Shown: positions 20,736-29,347, counted from the stretch's first letter. The stretch: DNA of 64,000 nt from a candidate division TM6 bacterium UASB340 (GCA_001468925.1 LDIX01000005.1:2184-66183); one strand, 5' to 3'. The notes: generated from the sequence alone by a model not told the origin. Translations and numbers: made by a program.

Positions 20736-21034
20736 TTCAATTAATGTAATGTTTATTAATCGCAGTTTATTTAAAATAAAGATTTTTACAACAAAAAATA
20801 ACAGGTTTTTATACCGGCTATTTTAACAATTAAATTTTTATATTTGTTAGAATCGTTGATTTCTCGAATTGTCAAAGCTGGTGTACCTTAATTGACTTAT
20901 TCAGGAACAATTCTATAGAATTTGATTTTGGTTTGCAAAATATAAAAACAGTATTTGATTCATTTAATTTGCATGTATAATTTGAAAACAAGGTTTTGTT
21001 ATTTATGTAAAACCTGTGATTATCAAGTATTTTA

Positions 21035-21712
21035 TTAGTAAGATATTAATTTTGTCTTTGTAAGATTCGTATGAAATGAAGGTGCAATTTTTATTGTTGT
21101 CTTGCTTGAATTTGAACTCTGAGTTGAATAATTAATGATTTGTTTTATAAATTTTTCTAAATTGTCATTTATATATTTATTTTCAAGTTTTATGTATTCT
21201 TCATGTATTTTATCAAAAATTTCATATTTATCTTCTGGAACAAATTTTTTAAAATTTAAATTTATATTCGCATTTAAATCTGGATCATAATTATCACAAA
21301 ACCATTTTATGGTTTTGTGAATCTTGTCCTTTTGTGAGATTCCCTCTGTAAAGTATTCAGTTAACGAATAAAGAATTCCACTAGGAATTAATGTAATTAT
21401 AAGTGTGATTATAGTTAAAATAATTGCATCGTCTCTTAAAGAAGAAAAATAGTTTTCATACCATTTATTTTTTATAAAGAAATATAATAATGCAATGTAT
21501 GGAGTTGCAGCTCCAATTATTGGAAATGTATCATATTTGGAAAAAACTTCTTTAGGATAGTCATAAAAAATTGTATATAAAAATTCTTTATTATGTTCTG
21601 TATAATAAGTTTCTTGTGCTTGTGTAAATTCGAGTTTTTGATAAGAATTTAAAGTGTTGGTAATTATAATAATTGCTGAAAAGATTAAGAGTTTAAAATT
21701 TTTATTAAACAT
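21035..21712 (-). CDS. hypothetical membrane protein, paralogue B of a tandem pair
   Basis: See paralogue A. The upstream non-coding segment (TTTTTACAACAAAAA...ATTTT.A.A.ATTAAA) is also duplicated. Confidence 0.55.
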   Translation of the reverse strand: MFNKNFKLLIFSAIIIITNTLNSYQKLEFTQAQETYYTEHNKEFLYTIFYDYPKEVFSKYDTFPIIGAATPYIALLYFFIKNKWYENYFSSLRDDAIILTIITLIITLIPSGILYSLTEYFTEGISQKDKIHKTIKWFCDNYDPDLNANINLNFKKFVPEDKYEIFDKIHEEYIKLENKYINDNLEKFIKQIINYSTQSSNSSKTTIKIAPSFHTNLTKTKLISY

Positions 21713-21786
21713 AGAAAGTCCTGTTTAATTGAAACTATAATAATATTTTTAGTCTATTTAAAATCAATTTTTTTACAACAAAAATA

Positions 21787-21804
21787 GCCAGCGTTTACAC
21801 TGGC
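21787..21804 (-). terminator. terminator candidate ending the toxin/immunity operon
   Basis: GCCAG-N8-CTGGC, followed on the minus strand by TATTTTTGTTGT. It lies 34 nt downstream of the stop of the 88-aa gene. Confidence 0.45.
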
Positions 21805-21837
21805 CATTTTCATACATTAAAATAGAGTGTGGGCTAA

Positions 21838-22104
21838 TTATTTCTCTACAAGCTGTTCTAAATCCTTCCAATAACTAGTATCTATTCCATAATAAAGGCA
21901 TTGTTCCTTTATTAATTCGAAAACTTTATGTGAAATTTTAGTATCGAATTCATATATTTGTGTACATAAATCTTCATAAGCCATCATCTTTTCCCCAGCC
22001 ATATAATTTTCTATAAAGTTTTTTATATCAAATTTTCTCATTTTTTTTTCCAAATTATTTATAATAAATTTGGATTTTTCGTCTAATGCATCTTGAGAAA
22101 GCAT
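21838..22104 (-). CDS. MafI-like small immunity protein (putative)
   Basis: 88 aa. The core ENYMAGEKMMAYEDLCTQIYEFDTKISHKVFELIKEQCLYYGIDTSYWKDL fits my recollection of the MafI-family pattern (E.G.A.E.LCdQ.yEyd..Is...y..i......g.d...W..L). It is the last gene of a toxin-like operon. Confidence 0.5.
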   Translation of the reverse strand: MLSQDALDEKSKFIINNLEKKMRKFDIKNFIENYMAGEKMMAYEDLCTQIYEFDTKISHKVFELIKEQCLYYGIDTSYWKDLEQLVEK

Positions 22105-22105
22105 C

Positions 22106-22237
22106 TTAGTCCTTTTTAAAATTTAATTTTTTAATATTAAATGAAACTTGTGGTCCATTCAATGGATAACCTTTAACTATATCAACACTTGCTGGTTCTG
22201 GATTTTCGCTAATAATTTCAAGCGCTTCCTCAACCAA
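22106..22237 (-). pseudogene. orphan fragment homologous to the pre-CT junction of the upstream toxin gene
   Basis: The frame has no ATG (a TTG is possible at 22237). It reads (L)VEEALEIISENPEPASVDIVKGYPLNG..., compared with toxin residues VEEALETISQNPELAKIEKNLYKNVDIVVKEG. At the DNA level, 22192-22234 versus 23231-23273 gives 35/43 identical by my hand alignment. The stop lies 1 nt before the next ATG. Confidence 0.4.
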
Positions 22238-22247
22238 ATCAGTATAT

Positions 22248-22763
22248 TTATGATGATTGTTGATTTATTTTTAGATTTTCAATTTCTTCTGCTGATAAGT
22301 CTTTAACTTCAATTAAACAAAGTGCTTTTTTTTCATTAAAGCCAAAAATTACTCTTTCATTAGCAACTTTTAAATTTATTTTGTCATTTGAAAAGATAAT
22401 AAAAAGATTATTGTTTGAAAGAATTGCCTCAAAATTTATTGGCTCTTCAACAACAAATTGGTTGCCATATTTTTTTACATCAAATACAGGTGATCCATTT
22501 TTTGTATTTGCATTTTTATCACATGCTGAATATTGTTGAATAACCTTAATTTTTGGAAGTAAGGTCATAGTTATTGATTTAATAAATCCACTTTCTTGCT
22601 CCAATAATAATTCGAGTAAAGTTTTTCCCATGTAACCAGTCTTCCAATACATAGATGGAGACCAATTTATAGGATTGAAGTAAAAATCTATATCTATTGG
22701 GATATAATAATCAGATTTTACATTTATTTGAGTAACATTTTTAATAGTTTTTAATTTCAACAT
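22248..22763 (-). CDS. putative cognate immunity protein
   Basis: A 171-aa cytoplasmic-looking ORF beginning 30 nt after the toxin stop, with its own AAGGAA RBS. The call rests on position only. I do not recognise the family. Confidence 0.45.
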   Translation of the reverse strand: MLKLKTIKNVTQINVKSDYYIPIDIDFYFNPINWSPSMYWKTGYMGKTLLELLLEQESGFIKSITMTLLPKIKVIQQYSACDKNANTKNGSPVFDVKKYGNQFVVEEPINFEAILSNNNLFIIFSNDKINLKVANERVIFGFNEKKALCLIEVKDLSAEEIENLKINQQSS

Positions 22764-22793
22764 AGCAAATTCCTTTTATTTTTATGTTGGCAT

Positions 22794-25346
22794 TTACGGC
22801 CTATAAATAGCATGCTTTACAACAGACAATAATCCATTTTCTCTAGGTGGACTAAATACAAAACCCCATTGGCCTATCACAATTTCATCGCCATAGATAA
22901 GCCCAAATTTTGAAGCTTTATTAATAGCTGCATGAAAACTTTTTAATATTATTTGGCTTTCAATTGATAAACTGTGTCGTGCTGGAAGTCTATCTAAATA
23001 CTCTTTCATATGTTTCGTTGCATTTGGAGCAATCCATAATTCAATATCATTAACTTTAAGTCTAAATGATCTTGGAATTTTTGTTCCAGGATACATCTCA
23101 TCTGTTGCCTCTATATAATCCCATACTGTAGAAGTTTTTTTAATTACTTGGGATATTTTTTCTTTATTATTTCGTACCCCTTCTTTAACAACTATATCAA
23201 CATTTTTATATAGATTTTTTTCTATTTTTGCTAGTTCTGGATTTTGGCTTATTGTCTCAAGAGCTTCTTCAACTTTTTCAACACCATGTTTTTCGGCAAT
23301 TCCGACAACATTTGAACCTTCAACAAAACTTTTAGCAACAGGCATTACAGCTTTTTTAAGGCAATCAGTTTTTTCATTAATTTCATTAAGCACTTTGCAT
23401 GTAGCAACTTCAGTTTTAACCAAACTTGCAACATTTTTGAAATATCCTTTAAGTCCTTTTGCAACGCCCAAGGCTTTGCCTTGTACAATATTATCTAAAA
23501 AAAATCCTACTGAAACTTCTACGGATTTTGATATTTTTTCTTCATATGGCAATTGTGAAAAATTTTTTATTTTTTTAATAGCTAACTTTTTAAATGTATC
23601 TGTATTGGTCAATGTCATATAACCAAACTGACCTAAATCCAAAAAAAGTTTTGCCATAGCAATTTGAGGCGCTGTAACAATCACAGCACTATATCCAACA
23701 TCTTTTAAAACTAAAGTTGGATTTTCTTTATATCTTCCTACAAAATTTTTACCACTATTAACAGTTCCATCACCAATAGCATTTAAAATATTGTAAGTTA
23801 TTTTTGTTGCATTTAATAAAGAGGTTGAAAGGTCTGTAGCATCTTTTGCAATAACGGTTTGATTTTCATTGCAAAATGTCATGGCTAAATCCAAGCCCTG
23901 ATTTACAACTTCACATGTATGAAGAGCATAATCTTTGGCATGATCGGTTAAGAAGTGTTTTTGTTCGAATGGATCTTCTTGAGTTACTTGTTTATAAAAA
24001 TCATTAACTTCTTGTTCAGCCCAAATTATATTGTTTTTAAGATTTTTTTGATCCATATCAATTTCGGAATCTATTTTTTGGAATAAATCTTGTGGCGCAA
24101 TTTTTTCATTTATTGAATTTTTAGAAGAATTGAATTGTTCTGATAAGTTAGATGAATAAATTGATTTTTCAGTTTCATCCAGTTTTTTATTGTTATCAGA
24201 AGAGCTTTGTGAATATTTTCTAAAGAAATTTTTTCCAGATTCAAATAGGTTCTGAGAAGGATACCCATTTATTGACGTTGCAATATTTCTTGAATTAGCC
24301 AAAAATCTTCTTGTTGTATTACTTAAATGAATTCCAACCGTTTTGGGTTCTTCTATTGGTTCAGATTCATAAACAAATACATCCGTTTCATTTGGTTTTA
24401 AATCTGTTAATTCAGTTTCAAGTGTAGTTACATTTGGAATCCCTATGTCCTCATTTTCACTCAATATTATAGTATCAATATAATCATTTTCCATTTTCAT
24501 AGGTATTTGTTGCTCTGGCTCAATATTTATTTCTGTGTCTTGGATATTTGTATCCTGAATCGTCACGTTTTCTATTGACATATCATCAATTGTAGAAAAA
24601 TTAACACTAGTATTTTTAGAATTGATTGGAGTTAAATTTTCTATTGGTTCATTAATTATGATACCTTCAAATTTAGGTAATTCAGGTTTACTTTTTTTTA
24701 TTTCTTCGAATTTATTTATAATATTAAGAGGTTCTGGAATAGTTAATTTTTCTGTATTTAAAATTTCACGTTTTTGTGTTTCTTGTTGTTTTATATTTTT
24801 AATTTTCTTTTTAAATATATCTATTTCACACTCAACTTTTTTTTCAATTGCTGTTCTTGGCCTACCAAAAATTTGAATATCCAAGTGTTTTTTGAGCCAT
24901 TTTCTAGGTGTAACCAAGGTACTCCTTTTAACTGTTTTGTTATTTGAAAGTTTCGCTTTAGTTAAACACACCGTATTACGCCATTCATCAGAATTTTGAA
25001 GTTTATCTTTATACAATTTTAAATTTTCTAATGATTTTTCTAGTTCACTTAAAGAACCATTTTCCAAAATATTTGATATATTATTTTGAAAATTTTTGTA
25101 GTTAGCTATCGTTGCCGTTGATGATAATTTATCAAAAAAATTTAAATAACATTTAGTTTTTTCTGAGGTTTGATAATTTGGATTTATATTTGTACTATCA
25201 AAGCAATTATCGCTCAATTGAAAGAATTTAGTTTCTAAACGATAATCTCCCGTTTTAGAATTAAAACTAATTTTGTCCATGCAATTACCATTTTCGAAAA
25301 ATGTGATCATAAAAATTAATATAAGATTTTTTAAAAACTTCTTCAT
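22794..25346 (-). CDS. large secreted polymorphic-toxin-like protein
   Basis: 850 aa with a signal peptide, a long low-complexity/acidic N-terminal half, a hydrophobic/Gly-rich central part, and a discrete C-terminal module of about 145 aa (…IPRSFRLKVNDIELWIAPNATKHMKEYL…). Small immunity-like genes follow it. I do not recognise the catalytic family of the C-terminal module. Confidence 0.5.
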   Translation of the reverse strand: MKKFLKNLILIFMITFFENGNCMDKISFNSKTGDYRLETKFFQLSDNCFDSTNINPNYQTSEKTKCYLNFFDKLSSTATIANYKNFQNNISNILENGSLSELEKSLENLKLYKDKLQNSDEWRNTVCLTKAKLSNNKTVKRSTLVTPRKWLKKHLDIQIFGRPRTAIEKKVECEIDIFKKKIKNIKQQETQKREILNTEKLTIPEPLNIINKFEEIKKSKPELPKFEGIIINEPIENLTPINSKNTSVNFSTIDDMSIENVTIQDTNIQDTEINIEPEQQIPMKMENDYIDTIILSENEDIGIPNVTTLETELTDLKPNETDVFVYESEPIEEPKTVGIHLSNTTRRFLANSRNIATSINGYPSQNLFESGKNFFRKYSQSSSDNNKKLDETEKSIYSSNLSEQFNSSKNSINEKIAPQDLFQKIDSEIDMDQKNLKNNIIWAEQEVNDFYKQVTQEDPFEQKHFLTDHAKDYALHTCEVVNQGLDLAMTFCNENQTVIAKDATDLSTSLLNATKITYNILNAIGDGTVNSGKNFVGRYKENPTLVLKDVGYSAVIVTAPQIAMAKLFLDLGQFGYMTLTNTDTFKKLAIKKIKNFSQLPYEEKISKSVEVSVGFFLDNIVQGKALGVAKGLKGYFKNVASLVKTEVATCKVLNEINEKTDCLKKAVMPVAKSFVEGSNVVGIAEKHGVEKVEEALETISQNPELAKIEKNLYKNVDIVVKEGVRNNKEKISQVIKKTSTVWDYIEATDEMYPGTKIPRSFRLKVNDIELWIAPNATKHMKEYLDRLPARHSLSIESQIILKSFHAAINKASKFGLIYGDEIVIGQWGFVFSPPRENGLLSVVKHAIYRP

Positions 25347-25371
25347 AAAACCTCCATCTATGAATTATTCT

Positions 25372-25412
25372 ATGAGGTTAGTTTGTTCCATTTACCAACA
25401 AACTAACCTCAT
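25372..25412 (-). promoter_or_regulatory. 16-bp perfect-stem hairpin between the pentapeptide gene and the toxin gene
   Basis: ATGAGGTTAGTTTGTT (25372-25387) pairs with AACAAACTAACCTCAT (25397-25412) across a 9-nt loop. Only 25 nt, including a GGAGG RBS, separate it from the toxin start codon. Confidence 0.55.
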
Positions 25413-25421
25413 ATGTTTAAA

Positions 25422-26897
25422 TTATATTTTTTTTGTTGCAGCAAGTTTTATTTTTGGGGTTTCCTTTAATTCTATTATTGTTGAGGTGTCCAAGGTTGAT
25501 TTTTGGGGATCTTTTATGTTAAGTAAATCCTTTTGTAATTTAAATTCATGATTTAATACACTTTTTTGTGCTCCAACACTAATAAGTCCACCTGTATATG
25601 TACTTACAAGTCCACCAACAACCCCACCAGTAATATCAACAAGTTTTTCTTCAAAATTATCAGTTGCATAATCAATGATTTTGCCTATTCCGGATTTAAT
25701 AAAATGTACATCTCCAAAATTTCTAAACATATTTTTGAAATATAGTTCAGGATCTGTAAAGGTTTTTTCATAACTACTTAAATCTTTTTCTAACTGTTTT
25801 TTTATTTCTATTCGTTCAGTTGAGCCCGTTTGTATTTTTTTATTATAATCACCTTTGTATGTTGATTTGTAGAACGTACAATTGTCTACGAGTTTAAGAG
25901 AATCTAAGTTTTTGCAGGCATTTTCACCAAAAATCCAAAACGTACATTTTTTGAAAATAACATTTATTAGTGATGCCAAAAGAAAATTAACTTTTTTAAA
26001 TTCACAATGTCTAAATATTGTAGGTTTGTTTCCAGATTGCAAAATAATATTTTTGAAATTTACATCATCAAATATTATCCAGGATAAGCGACATCCTGAT
26101 AAAATTGCTGATTTGAAATTTGATTTATTAATAATCATGTTCATAACAGTACAATTGTCTAATATTGTGTTTGCAAAAATTGTTTTATTTACTATTGCTT
26201 TGTTAAAATTTGAATTTTTGATTAAAGATCCTGAAAAATTTGTATCATTCAAATTTGAATCAATAAAATTTGAACTAAAAATTCTACTCTTTTGTATATT
26301 TGCCGAATTCAATTTTGTTAATACAAATGAAGTATTAATAATTTTATCGTTGTTAGATATGTCTGATTTGCTTAAATCTGCATTTTCAAAGTCTGTTGAA
26401 GTTAAGTTGGCTTGAATTAAAATAGCAGCTACTAATTTGGAATCTTTCAGATCAGAATTTTGTAAATTAGAATTTTCTAAATTTGCCATAATAAGAATAA
26501 TTCCTGCTAAATTTTTATTATTCAGCAAAGTATTACTCAAATCAAAGTTTTCAAAACTTTTTGTAGTTCTTTCACCCATTGAGTATAACTCTATTTGATT
26601 TACAGCTTCTTTAATATTTGAATCATCTATTTCACCAAAATTATCCTCTGATATTCCTTCATCTATATCATTTGGATCATCAGTAGCCCCTTTGCAAGAT
26701 AAAGAAAAAAGGTGCCAAAACTTTTTTAATTTTGACACCTTTAAATTTTTTTCTTCAATTTGAGTTGTAACCTGCGGTGGGTTTGGATCGCCAATATCGT
26801 CTTCGGATATTTCCGATGGACCCATAGAAAATATATTGGAAATGATAATGAAAGAGAAAACGGACGTTAAGAAAGCGGTTGTTTTTAAATTCTTCAT
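25422..26897 (-). CDS. secreted pentapeptide-repeat protein
   Basis: Signal peptide, then about 200 aa of A(D/N)LxX-type pentapeptide repeats (ANLENSNLQNSDLKDSKL..., ANLTSTDFENADLSKSDIS...), and a C-terminal Gly-rich hydrophobic patch GGVVGGLVSTYTGGLISVG. Confidence 0.8.
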   Translation of the reverse strand: MKNLKTTAFLTSVFSFIIISNIFSMGPSEISEDDIGDPNPPQVTTQIEEKNLKVSKLKKFWHLFSLSCKGATDDPNDIDEGISEDNFGEIDDSNIKEAVNQIELYSMGERTTKSFENFDLSNTLLNNKNLAGIILIMANLENSNLQNSDLKDSKLVAAILIQANLTSTDFENADLSKSDISNNDKIINTSFVLTKLNSANIQKSRIFSSNFIDSNLNDTNFSGSLIKNSNFNKAIVNKTIFANTILDNCTVMNMIINKSNFKSAILSGCRLSWIIFDDVNFKNIILQSGNKPTIFRHCEFKKVNFLLASLINVIFKKCTFWIFGENACKNLDSLKLVDNCTFYKSTYKGDYNKKIQTGSTERIEIKKQLEKDLSSYEKTFTDPELYFKNMFRNFGDVHFIKSGIGKIIDYATDNFEEKLVDITGGVVGGLVSTYTGGLISVGAQKSVLNHEFKLQKDLLNIKDPQKSTLDTSTIIELKETPKIKLAATKKI

Positions 26898-26980
26898 TTT
26901 TATAACCTCCTATTTAAAACATTAAACTTAAAAGATTTAAAACATACCGTAATTAATTATATCCTATTTGAAATAAAAGA

Positions 26981-27015
26981 AAAACGGGTGTTTTTTGCAA
27001 AAAACACCCGTTTTT
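26981..27015 (-). terminator. Rho-independent terminator of the helicase gene
   Basis: AAAACGGGTGTTTTTT / AAAAAACACCCGTTTT near-perfect inverted repeat followed by a T-rich run on the minus strand. It lies 11 nt downstream of the helicase stop. Confidence 0.7.
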
Positions 27016-27025
27016 ATGGGAAATT

Positions 27026-29347
27026 TCATACTTTTGTTACAAAGCTTGATAAAATTTTTTTCTCACCGATTTTAAAAGCTATTGTTAAATTATAATTTCC
27101 ATCATTTCCGGCTTCTACAAATTTAATTAAACCGACGCCAAATTTAGGATGTGATACGAGTTGATTTTTTGACCAGATTGAATTTTGCAAAATTTGTGTT
27201 TTTTGTGCTGAGAAAAAATTTTGTTTATTTTTATTTGTTTTAGCTTTTAATATTTTACTAGGTTTATTTTGAGCCTTAATATGTGATGATTCTTTAAACT
27301 CCATGTTTTTTGCAAGATCGTTTGCAAAGTCTTGAAATGTAAGTACGGTACTGCTTTTTACTTGAAGCCAGTTTTTAAATTCTGAATTTATTTGTAACTG
27401 TGACATTTCGCAAATATCGATATTCGTAATTAAATTATCCGGTATTTCTGTTAAAAATCTGGATATTAACTGATCGCTGATTTGTCCATAACTATTTCTA
27501 TAAATAGCTCTTGTTAAAATCAATCGTTCTTTCGCTCGAGTAATACCTACATAAAATAATCTGCGTTCTTCTTCTATTTCTTTATTCTCATTTAATGATC
27601 GAGAGCTTGGCAATACACCTTCTTCCAATCCGGTTATAAATACAATATCAAATTCAAGCCCTTTGGCCGCATGAAGCGTCATGCATTGAACCTGATTTTG
27701 ATCATTATCCTGTGCTTCATTTTTTTCTTGCATCAAGCTGACTTGATATAAAAATTCATGCAAATTATTTTTGACACTGTCTTTTTCAAAATTATAAATG
27801 GATTGAACAAGCTCTTTAACGTTATCTTTTTTTGATTCGGCTTCTTGAGGATCGTATTCTTTTTCTAAAAAACTAAAATAGTCTACTGCATCAATAAGTT
27901 CTTCGATAATATCACTTGGGCGTTCAAAACTTTCAAGTTTTTTATATAATTCCAAAAATTTTAAAATAGCTTCTTTTTTTGTAGCAGTAATTTTGTATTC
28001 AATTTTATTTATTATATTTTCAAGAATTTTTTTAAAATCAAATAATGGATTAAATATATATTCCGTGTTTAATATTTCTTCGAACTTATCGCCCAAACCT
28101 CTGTTTGGACAGTTAATTATTCTTTCAAGACTTATTTTATCGTAAGGGTTTATTAATAATCTTAAGTATGCAAGTAAATCTTTTATTTCTTTGCGTTCGT
28201 AAAATCTTATTCCGCCAACTATTTTATATGGAATGGAATTTGCAATTAAAGCTTCTTCTATATTTCTGGATTGATAATGAGTTCTGTATAAAATTGCTAT
28301 TTCGTTAAGACTTTTTTCTTTGGGCAAATTTTCTATGAAATTTGTAATGGCATAAGCTTCTTGTTTGCCCGATCTTGAGACGATGGAAAGAATTCTATTG
28401 CTTGCTTTTTTTTCTGACCAAAGTTTTTTATTTGTTCTATTTTTATTGTTCAAAATAATATGATTTGCAGCTTCAAGTATTGGTGTAACGGTTCTATAAT
28501 TTTGTTCAATTTTTATTAATTTTACAGGAGCAAAATCGTTTTGAAAGTTTTGCATATTTGTTGCCATAGCACCTCTCCATGAATAAATGGATTGGTCTTC
28601 ATCGCCTACGGCACATAGTGAATCAATATTAAACTTATTATTTTCATCGGTACTCATAAGTTTTAAAAGTTCATGTTGTACCATATTTGTATCTTGGTAC
28701 TCATCAACTAAAAGATGTCGAATTTTATTTTGAAAATTTTTTCTAAAATTTAAATTTGTTTTAAATATTTTTAAAATTTCAAGCAACAGGTCATCAAAAT
28801 CAAAACTGTGAGATTTTTGTTTTTCAGCTTCATATTCAAAATAAATTTCTTTTACTATCGGTATGGTAAATTCATCAAAATCATAATTCACTTTATTTTT
28901 GTAATTTGATATTTGATACAAAATATCTGTCGTCGAAAATTGTTTTTCAAGACCATATTTTTTTATAATTTTTTTTATTAAAGATTTTTGATCGTCTGCA
29001 TCTATAATTGAAAAATTTGTAAAATTTAATAATGTTGGATTTGATCTTAATAATAATAAACAGTATGAATGAAATGTGCCAATATAAGGCAATTTAAGGC
29101 TTTGGTCTAAAAATTTTGAAATACGTTCTTTCATCTCATTTGCAGCTTTGTTTGTAAATGTTAATGCTACGATTGCTTGAGGATTGACATTATTATTTAA
29201 AATTAGATTTGCTATACGAGTTGTAATAACTCTGGTTTTTCCGGATCCTGCTCCAGCAATTACAATTGCCGGACCTGATTCAAAGATTACGGCATTTCTT
29301 TGCGGCTCATTTAATTCTTTATTTAAAAATTGATTAAAATTTGTCAT
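27026..29347 (-). CDS. UvrD/PcrA/Rep-family ATP-dependent DNA helicase
   Basis: Motif I AGAGSGKTRV, motif II LLVDEYQDTN, motif III GDEDQSIYSWRGA, QNYRT, and VGITRAKERL near the C-terminal part. Confidence 0.9.
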   Translation of the reverse strand: MTNFNQFLNKELNEPQRNAVIFESGPAIVIAGAGSGKTRVITTRIANLILNNNVNPQAIVALTFTNKAANEMKERISKFLDQSLKLPYIGTFHSYCLLLLRSNPTLLNFTNFSIIDADDQKSLIKKIIKKYGLEKQFSTTDILYQISNYKNKVNYDFDEFTIPIVKEIYFEYEAEKQKSHSFDFDDLLLEILKIFKTNLNFRKNFQNKIRHLLVDEYQDTNMVQHELLKLMSTDENNKFNIDSLCAVGDEDQSIYSWRGAMATNMQNFQNDFAPVKLIKIEQNYRTVTPILEAANHIILNNKNRTNKKLWSEKKASNRILSIVSRSGKQEAYAITNFIENLPKEKSLNEIAILYRTHYQSRNIEEALIANSIPYKIVGGIRFYERKEIKDLLAYLRLLINPYDKISLERIINCPNRGLGDKFEEILNTEYIFNPLFDFKKILENIINKIEYKITATKKEAILKFLELYKKLESFERPSDIIEELIDAVDYFSFLEKEYDPQEAESKKDNVKELVQSIYNFEKDSVKNNLHEFLYQVSLMQEKNEAQDNDQNQVQCMTLHAAKGLEFDIVFITGLEEGVLPSSRSLNENKEIEEERRLFYVGITRAKERLILTRAIYRNSYGQISDQLISRFLTEIPDNLITNIDICEMSQLQINSEFKNWLQVKSSTVLTFQDFANDLAKNMEFKESSHIKAQNKPSKILKAKTNKNKQNFFSAQKTQILQNSIWSKNQLVSHPKFGVGLIKFVEAGNDGNYNLTIAFKIGEKKILSSFVTKV

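Noticed and set aside
20736-21034. The 300-bp non-coding gap between the two membrane paralogues, as a possible ncRNA or gene remnant.
   Set aside because: I found only a weak AT-rich hairpin (AGGTTTT/AAAACCT near 20990-21015) and the duplicated upstream block. There is no convincing structure or coding remnant.
25882-26415. 177-aa plus-strand ORF inside the pentapeptide-repeat gene.
   Set aside because: It is antisense to a gene with strong repeat motifs, and the absence of stops is expected from the repeat composition. It has no RBS and no recognisable motif.
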